Shown here: positions 43,571-55,038 of the stretch, piece after piece
How the letters are laid out: each line of letters starts with the position of its first letter
Numbering within the stretch: position 1 is the stretch's first letter
Assembly: GCA_951406725.2 (NCBI GenBank)
Contig: OX597818.1
Span: 18,538,001-18,602,000 of the forward strand
Source: Octopus vulgaris
Lineage: Eukaryota
Reading direction: 5' to 3'
Length of the DNA: 64,000 nucleotides
The notes under the pieces: model-generated
Told to the model about the DNA's origin: nothing
Database searches by the model: none
The model's input: only the letters and a program-made list of their open reading frames with translations
Translations under genes and position numbers: made by a program

Positions 43571-44288
43571 CAATTATTTTTGTTATTGCATTGGTGGTCA
43601 TACCGCTGTTGCTGTTATTGTTGTTGTTGTTGTTGTTGTTGTTTGACCTTTCAGATATATAATCAAAAGTGTCTCAGTCATTGCCATTCTGGGTTTTTTT
43701 TCTCAGGCGCACAACGTCTCAGTCTACGTCACTCAATTTGCTAGGAACCACTGTGTCTACTACACAATCACTTGTTTTTTAAGAAAACAAGATGAATTTG
43801 AGGAACATTTGGCTTCTACTTCGAGCAGGCCGAGTGACCTTGTAGAGCAGCTAACTACTATTGTCATTATTGTTATTACTGTTGTTCACTTTGTCATTTG
43901 TTTCGAAAACCTGAGTGAAATTATTGATCTTCGCGCAATGGTTACAACCTCTCTTCATGAAACCCTTCCCCACAACCAGCAACAACACTGTCACCATTAT
44001 ATAATGTACACAACATATTGATTGTTGTTCAGCTGATATCGGAATGTTCAGCATGCTCATTTGTTTATCATTTATTTCTGACAGTCATTAGGCTGCGACC
44101 AAGATGGGGCATCACAGTTGTAGAATTTTTTAGTCGAATGAATCGACCCCAGTACTTATTTTTCTTTAAGCCTGGTAACTTATTTTATCGGTCTTTTCTG
44201 ACGAATCGCTAAGTTATGGGGTCGTAAACACATCAAAACCTGTTGTCAGGCGGTGGTGGGGACAAACAGGCGCAAAAACACAAACACC

Positions 44289-44423
<135 letters not shown>

Positions 44424-44518
44424 TAAATTAGATACCTTATTATCTCGTCTGCGTTATCAATTATGTATATATAGAATACAGTCAAAAATTGTGAAGCATG
44501 ACTGTCAACACTACTACA

Positions 44519-44563
44519 TGAACCCGAAGATTGCAGAATTCAATGCATGAAAGTACTAGTTCA
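44519..44563 (+). ncRNA. Minimal hammerhead motif (same family as 54976-55017), U4 to C mutant
   Basis: UGAAC-CCGAAGA-UUGCA-GAAUUCAA-UGCAU-GAAA-GUAC-UA-GUUCA. Lies inside an insert (~44430-44695) in the TA tract of a minus-strand family 2 SINE (44080-44875). Confidence 0.6.
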
Positions 44564-44689
44564 ATCAGAATGAATATTTAACATTCTACTATTTCATTTT
44601 ATTTTATTCAATTATAATATATTATCTTATAATATATCATTATAAGATGTAAATAAAACGTGAAAATCAGACAAGGTTGGAATTCTTTT

Positions 44690-44727
<38 letters not shown>

Positions 44728-45090
44728 GACAGGCTTCTTTCAGTTTCCGGCTGCCAAATCTACCCAAAACATTGGTCGGCTCGAGGCTACAGTAAAAGAC
44801 ACTAGCCCAAGGTGTCACGAACTGAACCCTGTAGTTGGGGAGGAAGCTTCTTACCACGCATTCACGCTTGCACCTGGTTGTTAATTTTTAAAGTGCTTTA
44901 AACAATGATATTTTAAAACACATCGTAATAGTTAGTTTGACCCTCGTCCAACCTCTTAGCGCCAACTGTATCTCAGCTACTGTTTTCAGATTCTGTAGCA
45001 CTCCTCGTCGTCAAATAAGAACCGCGACAGACTGTTAAACACTAAGCCTGTCTTTGCTCCGTGTCCTACTTCTGGCAGTTGAGTAATGTG

Positions 45091-45264
45091 GAGGCACATG
45101 GCTTAGTGGTTAGAGCAGCAGACTCGCGGTCGAGGGATCGCGAGTTCGAATCTCAAATCGTGCGATGTGTGTGTTTATGATCGAAACACCTAATCTCCAC
45201 GCGGCTCCGACAGAAGGTAATGGCAAACTTCTTATGAGCCAGGCATGACTCGAAAAGGAACAAA
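45091..45264 (+). mobile_element. tRNA(Arg)-like SINE family 3, internally shorter copy, 15-bp TSD
   Basis: TSD cagttgagtaatgtg at 45076-45090 and 45265-45279; sequence matches 10710-11010. Confidence 0.85.
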
Positions 45265-46837
45265 CAGTTGAGTAATGTGTCACTTTACATATCTGTTGGA
45301 ACAAAATAGCATGCATCCCTCATGGTTTGTCAAAGGTAAAATTATGACACATTCCTTATGTCACAGTGTTGCAACTGAAAGTAACACTTTAATTCAACTC
45401 CATACAAACCTCCTTGAAAAGAATGCTAAAACTAATACTAGTTACTTTATATGAAACAGGTCATAGAAACGAAACTTTTGCTCATATTTCTGAATCGGTA
45501 TTTAACAGTCTATCTAAATCGTTGAATCCTGCAGTAGTTGCAGCTCCACTGTTTTCATTCTCACTGAGATATTGAGATATGGTCAATTTTGTCAGTTTTG
45601 TTCAGTGCGACATCACGTAAGCAATAATCAGGAGCATTTATCGTAACATTTCATGTCATATTTTCTTAAGAGAACAGCTCATGGCATTACGAGTTGAATC
45701 TTATTCCTCAATTTTGCTTTAATAACATTTATGCTACTGAATGATGTTTCTACCTCAGCATTTGAAAGATGTAATTTTGAAAGAGTAAGAACAAATTATG
45801 AAATATCTCTAAAGGGATTTTCTTTTGCAGTATCTTTTATCTTTTATCATTTACTAGTTACAGCCATTTGAACTGTGGCATCTCACAAGTCATTGGCCAA
45901 CCCGAGGTTGTAATAAAAGACACGTACCCGAGTTGCCGCGCTGTGAGACTGAACCAGAAACCACGCGGTTGCAAAGTAACGTTTTTAACCAGTTAGGCAT
46001 ACCTGCACTTAAAAGGCGATGCTTTCATTTCCTCGGTTTCCCAAGTGATTGCCTATTTAAGCACTAGCCAGGCTCGACGAGAACCTTTGGATTCAACATC
46101 ATATGCGCATTCAAACATGTTTACTACTTATTATATTCGTTCATTTAAGCAAGTGAATTCTATTACAATGTAATTCAACACTTGCTGTATCAGTTTCATT
46201 TAAATTCATTGATTCCAAAAGAGGAATAATTGGTTTCTTTACATGTCAAAATTATTTGTGAGGAAAAATGTTTCATGTTCTTGAAATTGTTTTAATTTCA
46301 TAGACTTCTTCAACATGCTTTAAAATCGGATGTAATAGTAAAAAAAGACGATAAAGAATATTATTATGATCGCAAGCATTTTCTATATATGAATTTGTAA
46401 TTTCAGCCACCGCCTCAAAATTCTCTCCTTAGCAATTTCCAATTGATAATCATTAATATATTTTCAGGTATAGATTAAAATTATCTCGAAGCTGCCTTAA
46501 CTCGAGGCAAATTTAAAAGTTATAAAAAAAATTGACTTGAAGCAAATTAAAATAAAGTGAAATCTAATCAAAATAATCTCACAACAAAATTATCTGAAAA
46601 TGAATAAAAGTCTCGAAGCAAAATTTTCTCCAAACAGATTAAAACAAGCTCGAAATAAAATTAGCTGAAAATAAATTAAAATAATCTTGAAGCAAAATAA
46701 GTTAAAGATGAATTCCAAGAATCCGCAAGAAAATCGTAGATGTTTAGATAAAACGTAATACACGTCCACGTATTGAATTGTTTAAACGTACCTTGATTAA
46801 TTTCAAACCTGCATTTATTTCATTACTCATTTACTCA

Positions 46838-47219
46838 TTTACTTGTTTCAGTCATTTGACTGTGGCCATGCTGGAGTATCGCCTTTAGTCGAGGAAACCG
46901 ACCCCAGGACTTATTCTTTGTAAGCCTAGTACTTATTCTATCGGTCTCTTTTGCCGAACCGCTAAGTTACGGAGCCGTAAACACACCAGCATCAGTTACC
47001 AAGCGATGTTGGTGGGAGGACAAACACAACACACATATATATATATACATATATACGACGGGCTTCTTTCGGTTTCCGTCGACCAAATCCACTCACAAGG
47101 CTTTGGTCGGCCCGAGGCTATAGTAGAAGACACTTGCCCAAAGTGCCACACAGTGGGACTGAACCCGGAACCATGTGGTTGGTAAGCAAGCTACTTACCA
47201 CACAGCCACTCCTAAGCCT
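46838..47219 (-). mobile_element. SINE family 2, full length, young
   Basis: Minus strand: AGGCTTAGGAGTGGCTGTGTGGTAAGTAGCTTGCTTACCAACCACATGGTTCCGGGTTCAGTCCC head through to GACTGAAACAAGTAAA tail. Confidence 0.9.
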
Positions 47220-47818
47220 ATTTGATTTTGGCTTCCAAGGTTCTATGAATGCTGTACCTGTTCTGGTTGATATTAACATCTAAAACTTGGAGTGTTTCAA
47301 AGTAATATTAGATATTTTCTTGGTTTCAAGTACTGGCATTTCGTGAGGTACCAAATAGTGAACCATGTAGGTAGCCATACAAGTCTGCACTTGAAGCTCG
47401 TATTTGTGTGCTCCCTGCCACTGATTGAGAGTCCATTGCTGTTGCACGTCTAGTTAAGGAGGCATATAATTGGGTGAATGGAGATCATGCACCACTTTTT
47501 GTACCACAGAAGTGATTATCACAAAGTTATGAAGACAGAATATGAACGTATAGAATCACTTGCTGAGTGGTGAGACGAAATCTCACAACTGACATTGAAG
47601 AATATTTGCGAGCAAATACATTCAACGTATGGATTGACTGTCACCCAACAAACGATAGTAAGTCGTCTGGAAAAAAAAGTAATTTCTTTAAACCAAATAC
47701 ATTTAAATCCAGAGTAACCGTGTTTTGTATTTCCAAATATATGATTTCCATTAAAAGAGGGAAGAGGGTTTTATACTTCTTCAATAAGTTTCGCCGTTCA
47801 AAATTAAATTGTAATTTA

Positions 47819-48027
47819 AGGCGGCAAGCTGGCAGAAACGTTAGCCCGACGGGCAAAATGCTTAGTGGCATTTCGTCCGTTTTTAGGTTGAGTTCAAATT
47901 CTGCCGAGGTCGATTTTACCTTTCACGTTTCGGCGTCGATAAAATAAGTACCAGTTGAACACTGGGAACGATTTAATCGCCTTAGCCCCTTCCCCAGATC
48001 TACTGTTCTCGTGCCAAAATTTGAAGC
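47819..48027 (+). mobile_element. SINE family 1 with perfect 20-bp TSD
   Basis: TSD caaaattaaattgtaattta at 47799-47818 and 48028-48047. Confidence 0.9.
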
Positions 48028-49599
48028 CAAAATTAAATTGTAATTTATTACGCGTCAGATAGATTCTTTGAGATTTTATATAATTATTTGCCTGGATAAA
48101 ATTAATGTGCTCCTAGATGATTTTAAATAGGTTCGAGTTTTTTTTCGAATTTGCCTCGACATTATTTTAATTTGTACTCGGAAAGATATGGCTGCAAAAC
48201 TTTTGATGTTTTTTCTATGTTAAGAGGTACAACTGGTTCTAAGTTGATTGTTTGGTTGAAGAGTGGAACTACGACATACATGTTTCTCCTATCAAAAAAT
48301 TCTAACTCCATGGGAGGGCATTCGAAACATGTGTAAGATACTGCTGACAGGAAAGAATCACGCACGCACGCACGCACGCCCATGCACAAACAACTAAACA
48401 GATATAACGGTAGAACTTCGATTAATTTCTAATTGACGCTCGTCTTAACTCCTAGCGTGATACAAGCGTCATCTCCAATAACGAAAAGACTTTTAATGTT
48501 TAATTTTTCTCTCCATTATCTTTCATTTTAAACATCTACAGTGCCATTTCTATCGCATATTTCTAAAAATATCATATAACTACATGCACGCATATCTATT
48601 GTGTAATTTGTACTGACATATATTATCATAATTCCCAGAAGCTTACTAATATATTATGTAATTAGATTCACCTCCTACTGACTGCTCCATTTCCTACTTC
48701 AGAAATCAATTTTCTATCAAAGTGTGGAGCAAGCAAATTCTTTACAATATTTGTACATTTGAAACTTCATTTTAGAAATATTTTTGTCATAGGGTATTTT
48801 ACTTTCTGCACAAAAGATCGCAGATTATTATATGAAGATTGACTGCAAATATGCATCGTTAATTTAGCTTCAAGCATTGATGTTTCATTACATTTTCAGT
48901 TAAAAGAAATTCTTAACTCGAATACTTTATATGTAACTGATGTTCTTTGATCTTTGCTTAGTTCCACTGTGGTTTACTAACTTAATATTTTACTACTATG
49001 TCACATCTAGAAAATTTGCAATGTGCTTAAATACCATATATCAGCACGTACTTCTGACAGATACGAAATGTTTGGCATAGCACACTGTTATTTTTGCAAT
49101 CTCTCTTGATACAGTGTTCTTGTTTCTTTACTCATTATTGTGAAGAATGGAATCAAAGCGAAACAAACTTAAAAAAACTGGGCATGTTAAAACAAAAACG
49201 TACCGAAACATGCTCAAGTGTCCCAACTACGATTGTCAAACAGTTTAGTGAAAACTTATGTAACATAACGAGTATAATTGTAAAATGACTATCTGTTTGG
49301 ATGTTTGTTTACACTTTGTTACATGCCAGTGGTCTCAGTACTACGAGCTACAAAATATTTGTTTTAGTCTAAATTTGTGAGGAATATTGTAAACACCTAT
49401 CAATGTTTCTACGGTTATCGGAATATTGCGCTAGTCAGGTTCCTACATGGAATGCTGATGAGGTGGTAATCTGGATTATAATTATCCATTCAATTTCTAT
49501 ATGTGTGTGTGTGTGCGTGCGCACGTGTATGTAAGTATGTATGTATGTATGTATGTATGTATGTATGTATGTATGTATGTATGTATGTATGTATGTATG

Positions 49600-49639
<40 letters not shown>

Positions 49640-49646
49640 TACATGC

Positions 49647-50215
49647 AGGATGGGCGTTCATTAAAAATTTCCCCTGACCTACATACCAATGTCTGGGAGA
49701 AACCGAATTTGGCATAATTATTAGTCCTTATCTACACACCCACCACCAATGGTGGCACATTTCTCCCATCGTTTTATGCAGCTGTGAAAACCTCATCTGT
49801 AGAAGTCGGTAGGTGGTATTTGAATCCAAGGCTTTACTTCGAAAGAAGTTTATCATTATTCGAAAAAGGATTTCCCTTCAAAAAAGACTTCATGGTTGGA
49901 AAGAGGTGGAAATCAGATTGTGCGAGGGCGGAAGCGTAAGGAGGATGAGGAATGATTTCATAGCCGCAAAAGTGTGCTTTCCTCTGGGCAACATGCGCAC
50001 TAACTCGGAGGAGGCGGACTCCTTTGGCCAGCATACCACACCTGTCTGCTTTGATGGCGTCCCCAATTTCTTGATCAGAGAAGCATAATATGCCAGAAAA
50101 TCCATTATCTCAACTTCGCTGGTCCCAAAAGATTATGACCATCACTTTGCCTGCTGAGGTTGGACACGAGCTTTCTTTGGAGGGGTGAGTTATCATGCTA
50201 CCGTTGCTTCAACTC
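49647..50215 (-). mobile_element. mariner transposon 3' half
   Basis: GYEIIPHPPYASALAQSDFHLFPTMKSFLKG matches the HPPYSPDLAPSDFHLF motif. Confidence 0.9.
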
Positions 50216-50596
50216 TATTTGCTTATTTATTTAACTATTATGTTATTATTATTAACCTGAAGAGTGACTATAATTTTAAATTGAATTGATTTTCGATTAA
50301 ATTTAAATTTAATTGTAATTCGAATTTCATTATAGCCATGAAGCGCACGTAGTTTGTTTTACTTATTATACATTGATTATTCATTTTTATACTTTTTGTG
50401 ATCTAGTTATATGTTTAAAAAACATGTTTTATTTTTTATTTATGATTTGGTGTATGTCTATCATTGTTTGCATAATAGTGTTTTTTCTCTAATTTATATA
50501 TATATATATAAATAGAAATGGCAAGACAACAGAAGAATGAAAGAGACCTCAATATTATGTAAATAGAAGAATTTATCTGTAAATATAATATGTGAC

Positions 50597-50753
50597 AATT
50601 ACCCGATAGCCATGATAAAACTGCAAGTTTCGGATGTCGGGGCGGAAACCTACGCCGGCATCTCTTCGATGGCCCGATCACTGAAGAGATGCCGGCGTGG
50701 GTTTCCGTCCCGACATCTGAAACTCAGAGTTTTATCATGGCTACCGAATAATT
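50597..50753. repeat. Long inverted repeat (71-bp arms, 15-nt spacer) whose arms carry a hammerhead-like core
   Basis: Arms at 50597-50667 and 50683-50753. Plus strand reads CUGAAGA-GAUGCCGG...CCCGACAUCU-GAAA-CUCAGA-GUU. The upstream flank (50520-50580) recurs at 63890-63952. Confidence 0.85.
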
Positions 50754-50754
50754 G

Positions 50755-51135
50755 AAAAGGGCATTTTTTGAGTCGGTTCTTCTCATGCTGTGCTCAAACG
50801 AAACGGAATTTGAAAAAAAAAAATACTAATGACGCTATGAAACTCCTTATATAAAAATTCCTAAGTATGGTGATTGTGATCAAAATCGGACAACTTTTGA
50901 AAAAACATAATATTGATGTATCGATTTTGGGGGAGATCCGATATCAATTTGGAAAAATCAATAGCATCACAACCCGTCTCGCTCAAAAATGCACCGATAT
51001 GTAAAGTTTCAAAAAAAAAAAATAAAACGTTAGAACGTCGGCTAGTTTCGGAGAAGAATCCGAACAGACAGACAAACAGACACACAGAGACACACACAGA
51101 CACACAGACAACTTGTAGTTTATATATATATATAT
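50755..51135 (-). mobile_element. Possible non-autonomous Helitron/Helentron (DINE/HINE-like) element
   Basis: Minus strand begins tatatataaactacaagttgtctgtgtgtctgt with a (GTCT/GTGT)n tract, then tttgaaactttacatatcggtgc. A similar start (tcttttatataaaagtgaggttgtgtgtctgtc) occurs at 63953-64000. Confidence 0.4.
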
Positions 51136-51919
51136 ATGCAACAACATTTGTTAAACTTTTTCTTTGTTTTTAGAACCGTCGAATGTGCGTGTGTATGCGT
51201 GTGTTAGTGTGTGTGTTTGTGTGTGTGTGCTTGTGTGTGTGTATTTGTGTGTTTGTCAAAATATTTGTAGATATGTATGCATGTGTGTGTATCCAAGTTT
51301 ATGCGTGTACCCGTGTGTCTGTATATGTACGTGCGAATAAAGATCCAGCGAAAGCCAATATGGGCTAAAAAGCTCCGTGATAAAAGCAGAAACATATAGT
51401 GGATGGAACTATATATCTGAATCTATGCTTCGGCCCTTAACAATCCGTCTTGATATTTGGAAGTGGTATCTTAGCTTTCCTTCAAACACAACCATAAAGA
51501 CGACAGCATGACAATGAATAGAGTAATCACAGCGCAGAAACAGACAACTAAAAAAATGTATGGAAATCGACGATGCGATAATTGTAGCAATCATTAAACA
51601 TCATAGCAGCATATTATGTAATCAAAACTAGTCTTTGACACGTTATTTGCTAATCAACGAGCAAGATTTATTGAACAGCCACTCAACAAGCCAATCAGGA
51701 AATTCGCTTGATGTTGTAGCTGTTGTTGGTTAGCTCAGGTCAATCCTGTCTTACCAGACATATAATCAAAAAGAGAATTACAATTGTTTAGACCCAGGGT
51801 TAATAAAGTAGCCACATGGCAGAGTTGTAACAGCAATCCGGCAGATTGACTTCAGTATTTGTTGCGGCTCGTGGCGTTCCAAGTTTTAACTCCCACCGAA
51901 GTATCAGCTCCTTTGCCAT

Positions 51920-51965
51920 GGCCGCCGCCGCCGCCACCACCTCCACCACCACCACCACCACCACC

Positions 51966-52019
<54 letters not shown>

Positions 52020-52220
52020 TTCTTTACTTCTTCTTCTCCTCCTCCTCCCCCTTCCTCCTCCCCCTCGTCCTTCTTCTTCTTCTTCTTCTTCTTCTTCTTC
52101 TTCTCCTCCTCCCCCTTCCTCCTCCTCCTCCTCCTCCCCCTCCTCCTCCTCCTCCTCTTCTTCTTCTTCTTCTTCTTCTTCTTCTTCTTCTTCTTCTTCT
52201 TCTTCTTCTTCTTCTTCTCT
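51920..52220. repeat. Compound trinucleotide repeat (GCC, CAC, CAT, CCT, TTC)
   Basis: Directly visible. Confidence 0.95.
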
Positions 52221-52644
52221 ATAAGAAATCCATTCACAGTTGAGCGTTCAAGGGAAGAAGACCCTGGTAGTGTGTATCGAGCTGAATTCTGATCAAGGCA
52301 TTCCAGTTGCCCAGTTCCAGTTCTTTTCTGAGTGAGGAAACCTATCATCAAAGGAATTGCCAATTGCGACCGAACGTCTTTTCTTCACATGAATCCAGGT
52401 CAACATTATTCAATACTTTGTCTTCCTTCAAAACAATACATTTTGATCTGAAAAAGATTTAGCCGATATTTCTAACAGATCAAGTGAACACATAAAAGCT
52501 GTCTGGTTAATTATTCAATAGACTTGTTGACAAAGTAACCAATCAATAAGGAGACTACAGTCCAAGAGTAGTTGGTTAACACTATGAGGTTTCTTTGATA
52601 CTGGTTTTAGTTGTCGATCCACTCTCAATATAGAAAACATGTTT

Positions 52645-53280
52645 TATGAGATTCACCAATCAGCATTTAACATGCAAAGGATATATACGAAGTTAGCTAA
52701 TTAAGTTTTAACGCGCAGAGCAAATAAACAGGATTAGCCAACCAACATTTGGTATACAGAGCAGATATACGAAGTTATCCATTCAACATTTAACATGCAA
52801 AGCGCTTATACAAGATTAGCCAATCAACGTTTAACATACAAAGCACGCATACAAAGTTAGCAAATCAGCGTTTTAGATATAAAAAAAAGTTAGCCTATCA
52901 ACATTTAACATAGCAATTAACAATTAAACATGGTGATCAAATTACGAAATTAATAAATCAAAAATTAATTTCCAAATAACATTACGCAACTCGACAATCA
53001 ATATATAAAGAATTCATTATGTGATTGGGTAATTATAAATCAACATGCAGAACATATTACAGGCATCGTAAACAAACAATCATTGTTTATAGCACATTAA
53101 AAATTAACAACCGACAAATGAGCATGTTGAACATTATGATATTAGCTGAAGAACAATTAGTATGTTAGGTACATTATGAAATTAAACAACTAATAATAAA
53201 TATCATTTATTGCCAAATTAACCAATCAACAAAACAGCATGATGCATATTATTATGCTACTACCCAATCATCATTTACCC
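52645..53280. repeat. Degenerate ~41-bp minisatellite
   Basis: Unit approximately gattagccaatcaacgtttaacatacaaagcacgcatacaa; clearest at 52650-52880 and decaying rightwards. Confidence 0.75.
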
Positions 53281-53317
53281 AAGTTTTATTAAGTATTAAT
53301 TAAGGTGTTATTCTGAA

Positions 53318-54240
53318 GGCGGCGAGCTGGCAGAATCTTTAGCACTCCCGACAAATTGCTTGGCAGCATTTCGACCATATTTACGCTCTGAGTTCAAATT
53401 CAGCAAGTTCGACTTTGCCTTTAATTCTCCTGCAGTCGATGAAATAAATGCCTGCTGAGTACTGGAGTCAATACATTCAGCTAATCTCCTTCCCCCAAAT
53501 TTCAGGTATATAAGGTTATTAAGTAGTTCTTTGGCTATCAAATGACGATCATATCTGATAGAACAGGTTAAAACGAAGTTTCTCAAAGTAACAAAAATTA
53601 GCCCCTGTAAATACCTATTTCTTTACAACTCACAAGGGGCTAAACAGAGTGAGGAAAAACAAGGACAGACAAACGGATTAAGTCGATTATATCGACCCCA
53701 GTGCATAACTAGTACTTATTTAATCGACCCCGAAAGGATGAAAGGCAAAGTTGACCTCGGCGGAACTTGAACTCAGAACGTAAAGGCAGACGAAATACCT
53801 ATTTCTTTATTACCCACAAGGGGCTAAACATAGATGGGACAAACAAGGACAGACATAGGTATTAAGTCGATTCCATCGACCCCAGTGCGTAACTGGCACT
53901 TAATTTATCGACCCCGAAAGGATGAAAGGCAAAGTCGACTTCGGCGGAATTTGAACTCGGAGCGCAACGACAGACGAAATACGGCTACGCATTTCGCCCG
54001 GCGTGCTAACGTTTCTGCCAGCTCGCCGCCTTTAATGATCGTTTCTACTAAAGACACAAGACCTGAAATTGTGGGGGAGGGGACTAATCGATTACATCGA
54101 CTTCAGTGTTTCACAGGTACTTATTTTATCGAACCCGAAACAATAAAAAAGCATAGTCGACCTTGGCAGAATTTGAACACAGAACCTAGCGTCAGACGAA
54201 CTTCGACCGGCGCGCTAACCATTCTGCCAGCTCGCTGCCT
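53318..54240. mobile_element. SINE family 1 cluster: one plus copy (53318-53510) and a partial dimer plus a further copy on the minus strand (53610-54240)
   Basis: Family core present in both orientations. Confidence 0.85.
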
Positions 54241-54302
54241 TTAATAATAAACAATATACATGTTGGCAAGTGTGTTGAATCTTTTCAGTCGCATTTTACA
54301 TA

Positions 54303-54349
<47 letters not shown>

Positions 54350-54882
54350 GAGGGAGAGAAAGAGTGAGAGAGAGAGAGAGAGTGAAAGAAAGTTTATTTA
54401 GAGAGTTGGTACAAGACGTGCAGAATGATTGCACATATCAGGATTTGTGGCCGGCAATGAGTAAAAGAACGTTACACACGCGCATTGCAAGAGATAATGG
54501 ATCATAGAGAAGGGGGCGGAGGTAGATGAAGACGTATTTGGCTGCAGCTGAAAAAGCTTTGCGTTCGTTAATATTTATTGTAATTAATATCTGCCTTAGA
54601 TGCTTTTCAAGTAAACTGTTCTTTATCAATGTTTTCTTTTTGCATTAATCACGACGGTATTCAGTTAATCAAAAATGTATAGCGAACTGTTCCAGATGAA
54701 TATATCATTATAGTTGCCACAAGAATATTAATAGAGTTTTGCCATAACGGGTAATATCTGGAAATATCACATACAATAAGTTAACTTTATCAAATTGCCC
54801 TTAGTGGCAAAAGTATACTTCCTAAGTTACCTCTGTCAGATTAGGAGTAAAATGCCAGTGTGTATATATATATGTATATATA

Positions 54883-55038
54883 TTACAATATTACGATATT
54901 GAAATAAGCTAGTACTTTCATGCATTGCTCAATCATCAGATTCATGTAGTGACAGTGGGACACGACTGTCTCAACATAAACCTGATGATTGCGTAACGCA
55001 TGAAAGTACTAGTTTATTTCAATATTGTAAAATTGTAA
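54883..55038. repeat. Imperfect palindrome (~156 bp) formed by two inverted hammerhead-bearing arms
   Basis: ttacaatattacgatattgaaataagctagtactttcatgc... pairs with ...gcatgaaagtactagtttatttcaatattgtaaaattgtaa. Confidence 0.9.
54976..55017 (+). ncRNA. Minimal type I hammerhead ribozyme, canonical CUGAUGA core
   Basis: AUAAAC-CUGAUGA-UUGCG-UAA-CGCAU-GAAA-GUAC-UA-GUUUAU: perfect 6-bp stem I, palindromic stem III AGUACU, predicted cleavage after CUA (55011). Inverted sister at 54904-54945 on the minus strand. Confidence 0.8.

Larger units (their letters stand above)
46468..48177. mobile_element. Foldback/MULE-like element, copy 2, containing two younger SINEs
   Basis: Ends gtatagattaaaattatctcgaag and cctcgacattattttaatttgtac; arms of degenerate ~21-bp units. 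Interior plus strand gives SALEARI..., VKEAYNWV and TDIEEYLRANTFNVWID...NFFKPNTFK, weakly MULE/SWIM-like. Confidence 0.55.
45640..49140 (-). mobile_element. Ancient hAT transposase, colinear fragments interrupted by a Foldback/MULE-like element and SINEs
   Basis: In transcription order: KCTNIVKNLLAPHFDRKLISEVGNG..GESN..SKLLGIMIIYVST (~48760-48610); AVSYTCFECPPMELEF/LIGET..FHSSTKQ..NQLY (~48345-48220); *LSI..EIAKERILRRWLKLQIH...PILKHVEEV (~46455-46295); VELHCNRIHLLK* (~46190-46140); DTAKENPFRDIS*FVLTLSKLHLSNAEVETSFSSINVIKAKLRNKI (~45835-45695, dimerisation domain). Confidence 0.8.

Noticed and set aside
48162-48389. Apparent minus-strand coding exon (VSYTCFECPPMELEFFDRR...) with an AG acceptor
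   Set aside because: With one frameshift it reads as the hAT transposase segment AVS...LEFLI.ET..FHSS.KQ...QLY, colinear with neighbouring hAT fragments.
52645-53280. CRISPR-like periodicity (also 62845-63235)
   Set aside because: Whole units are similar with no unique spacers, there are no cas genes, and the context is eukaryotic.
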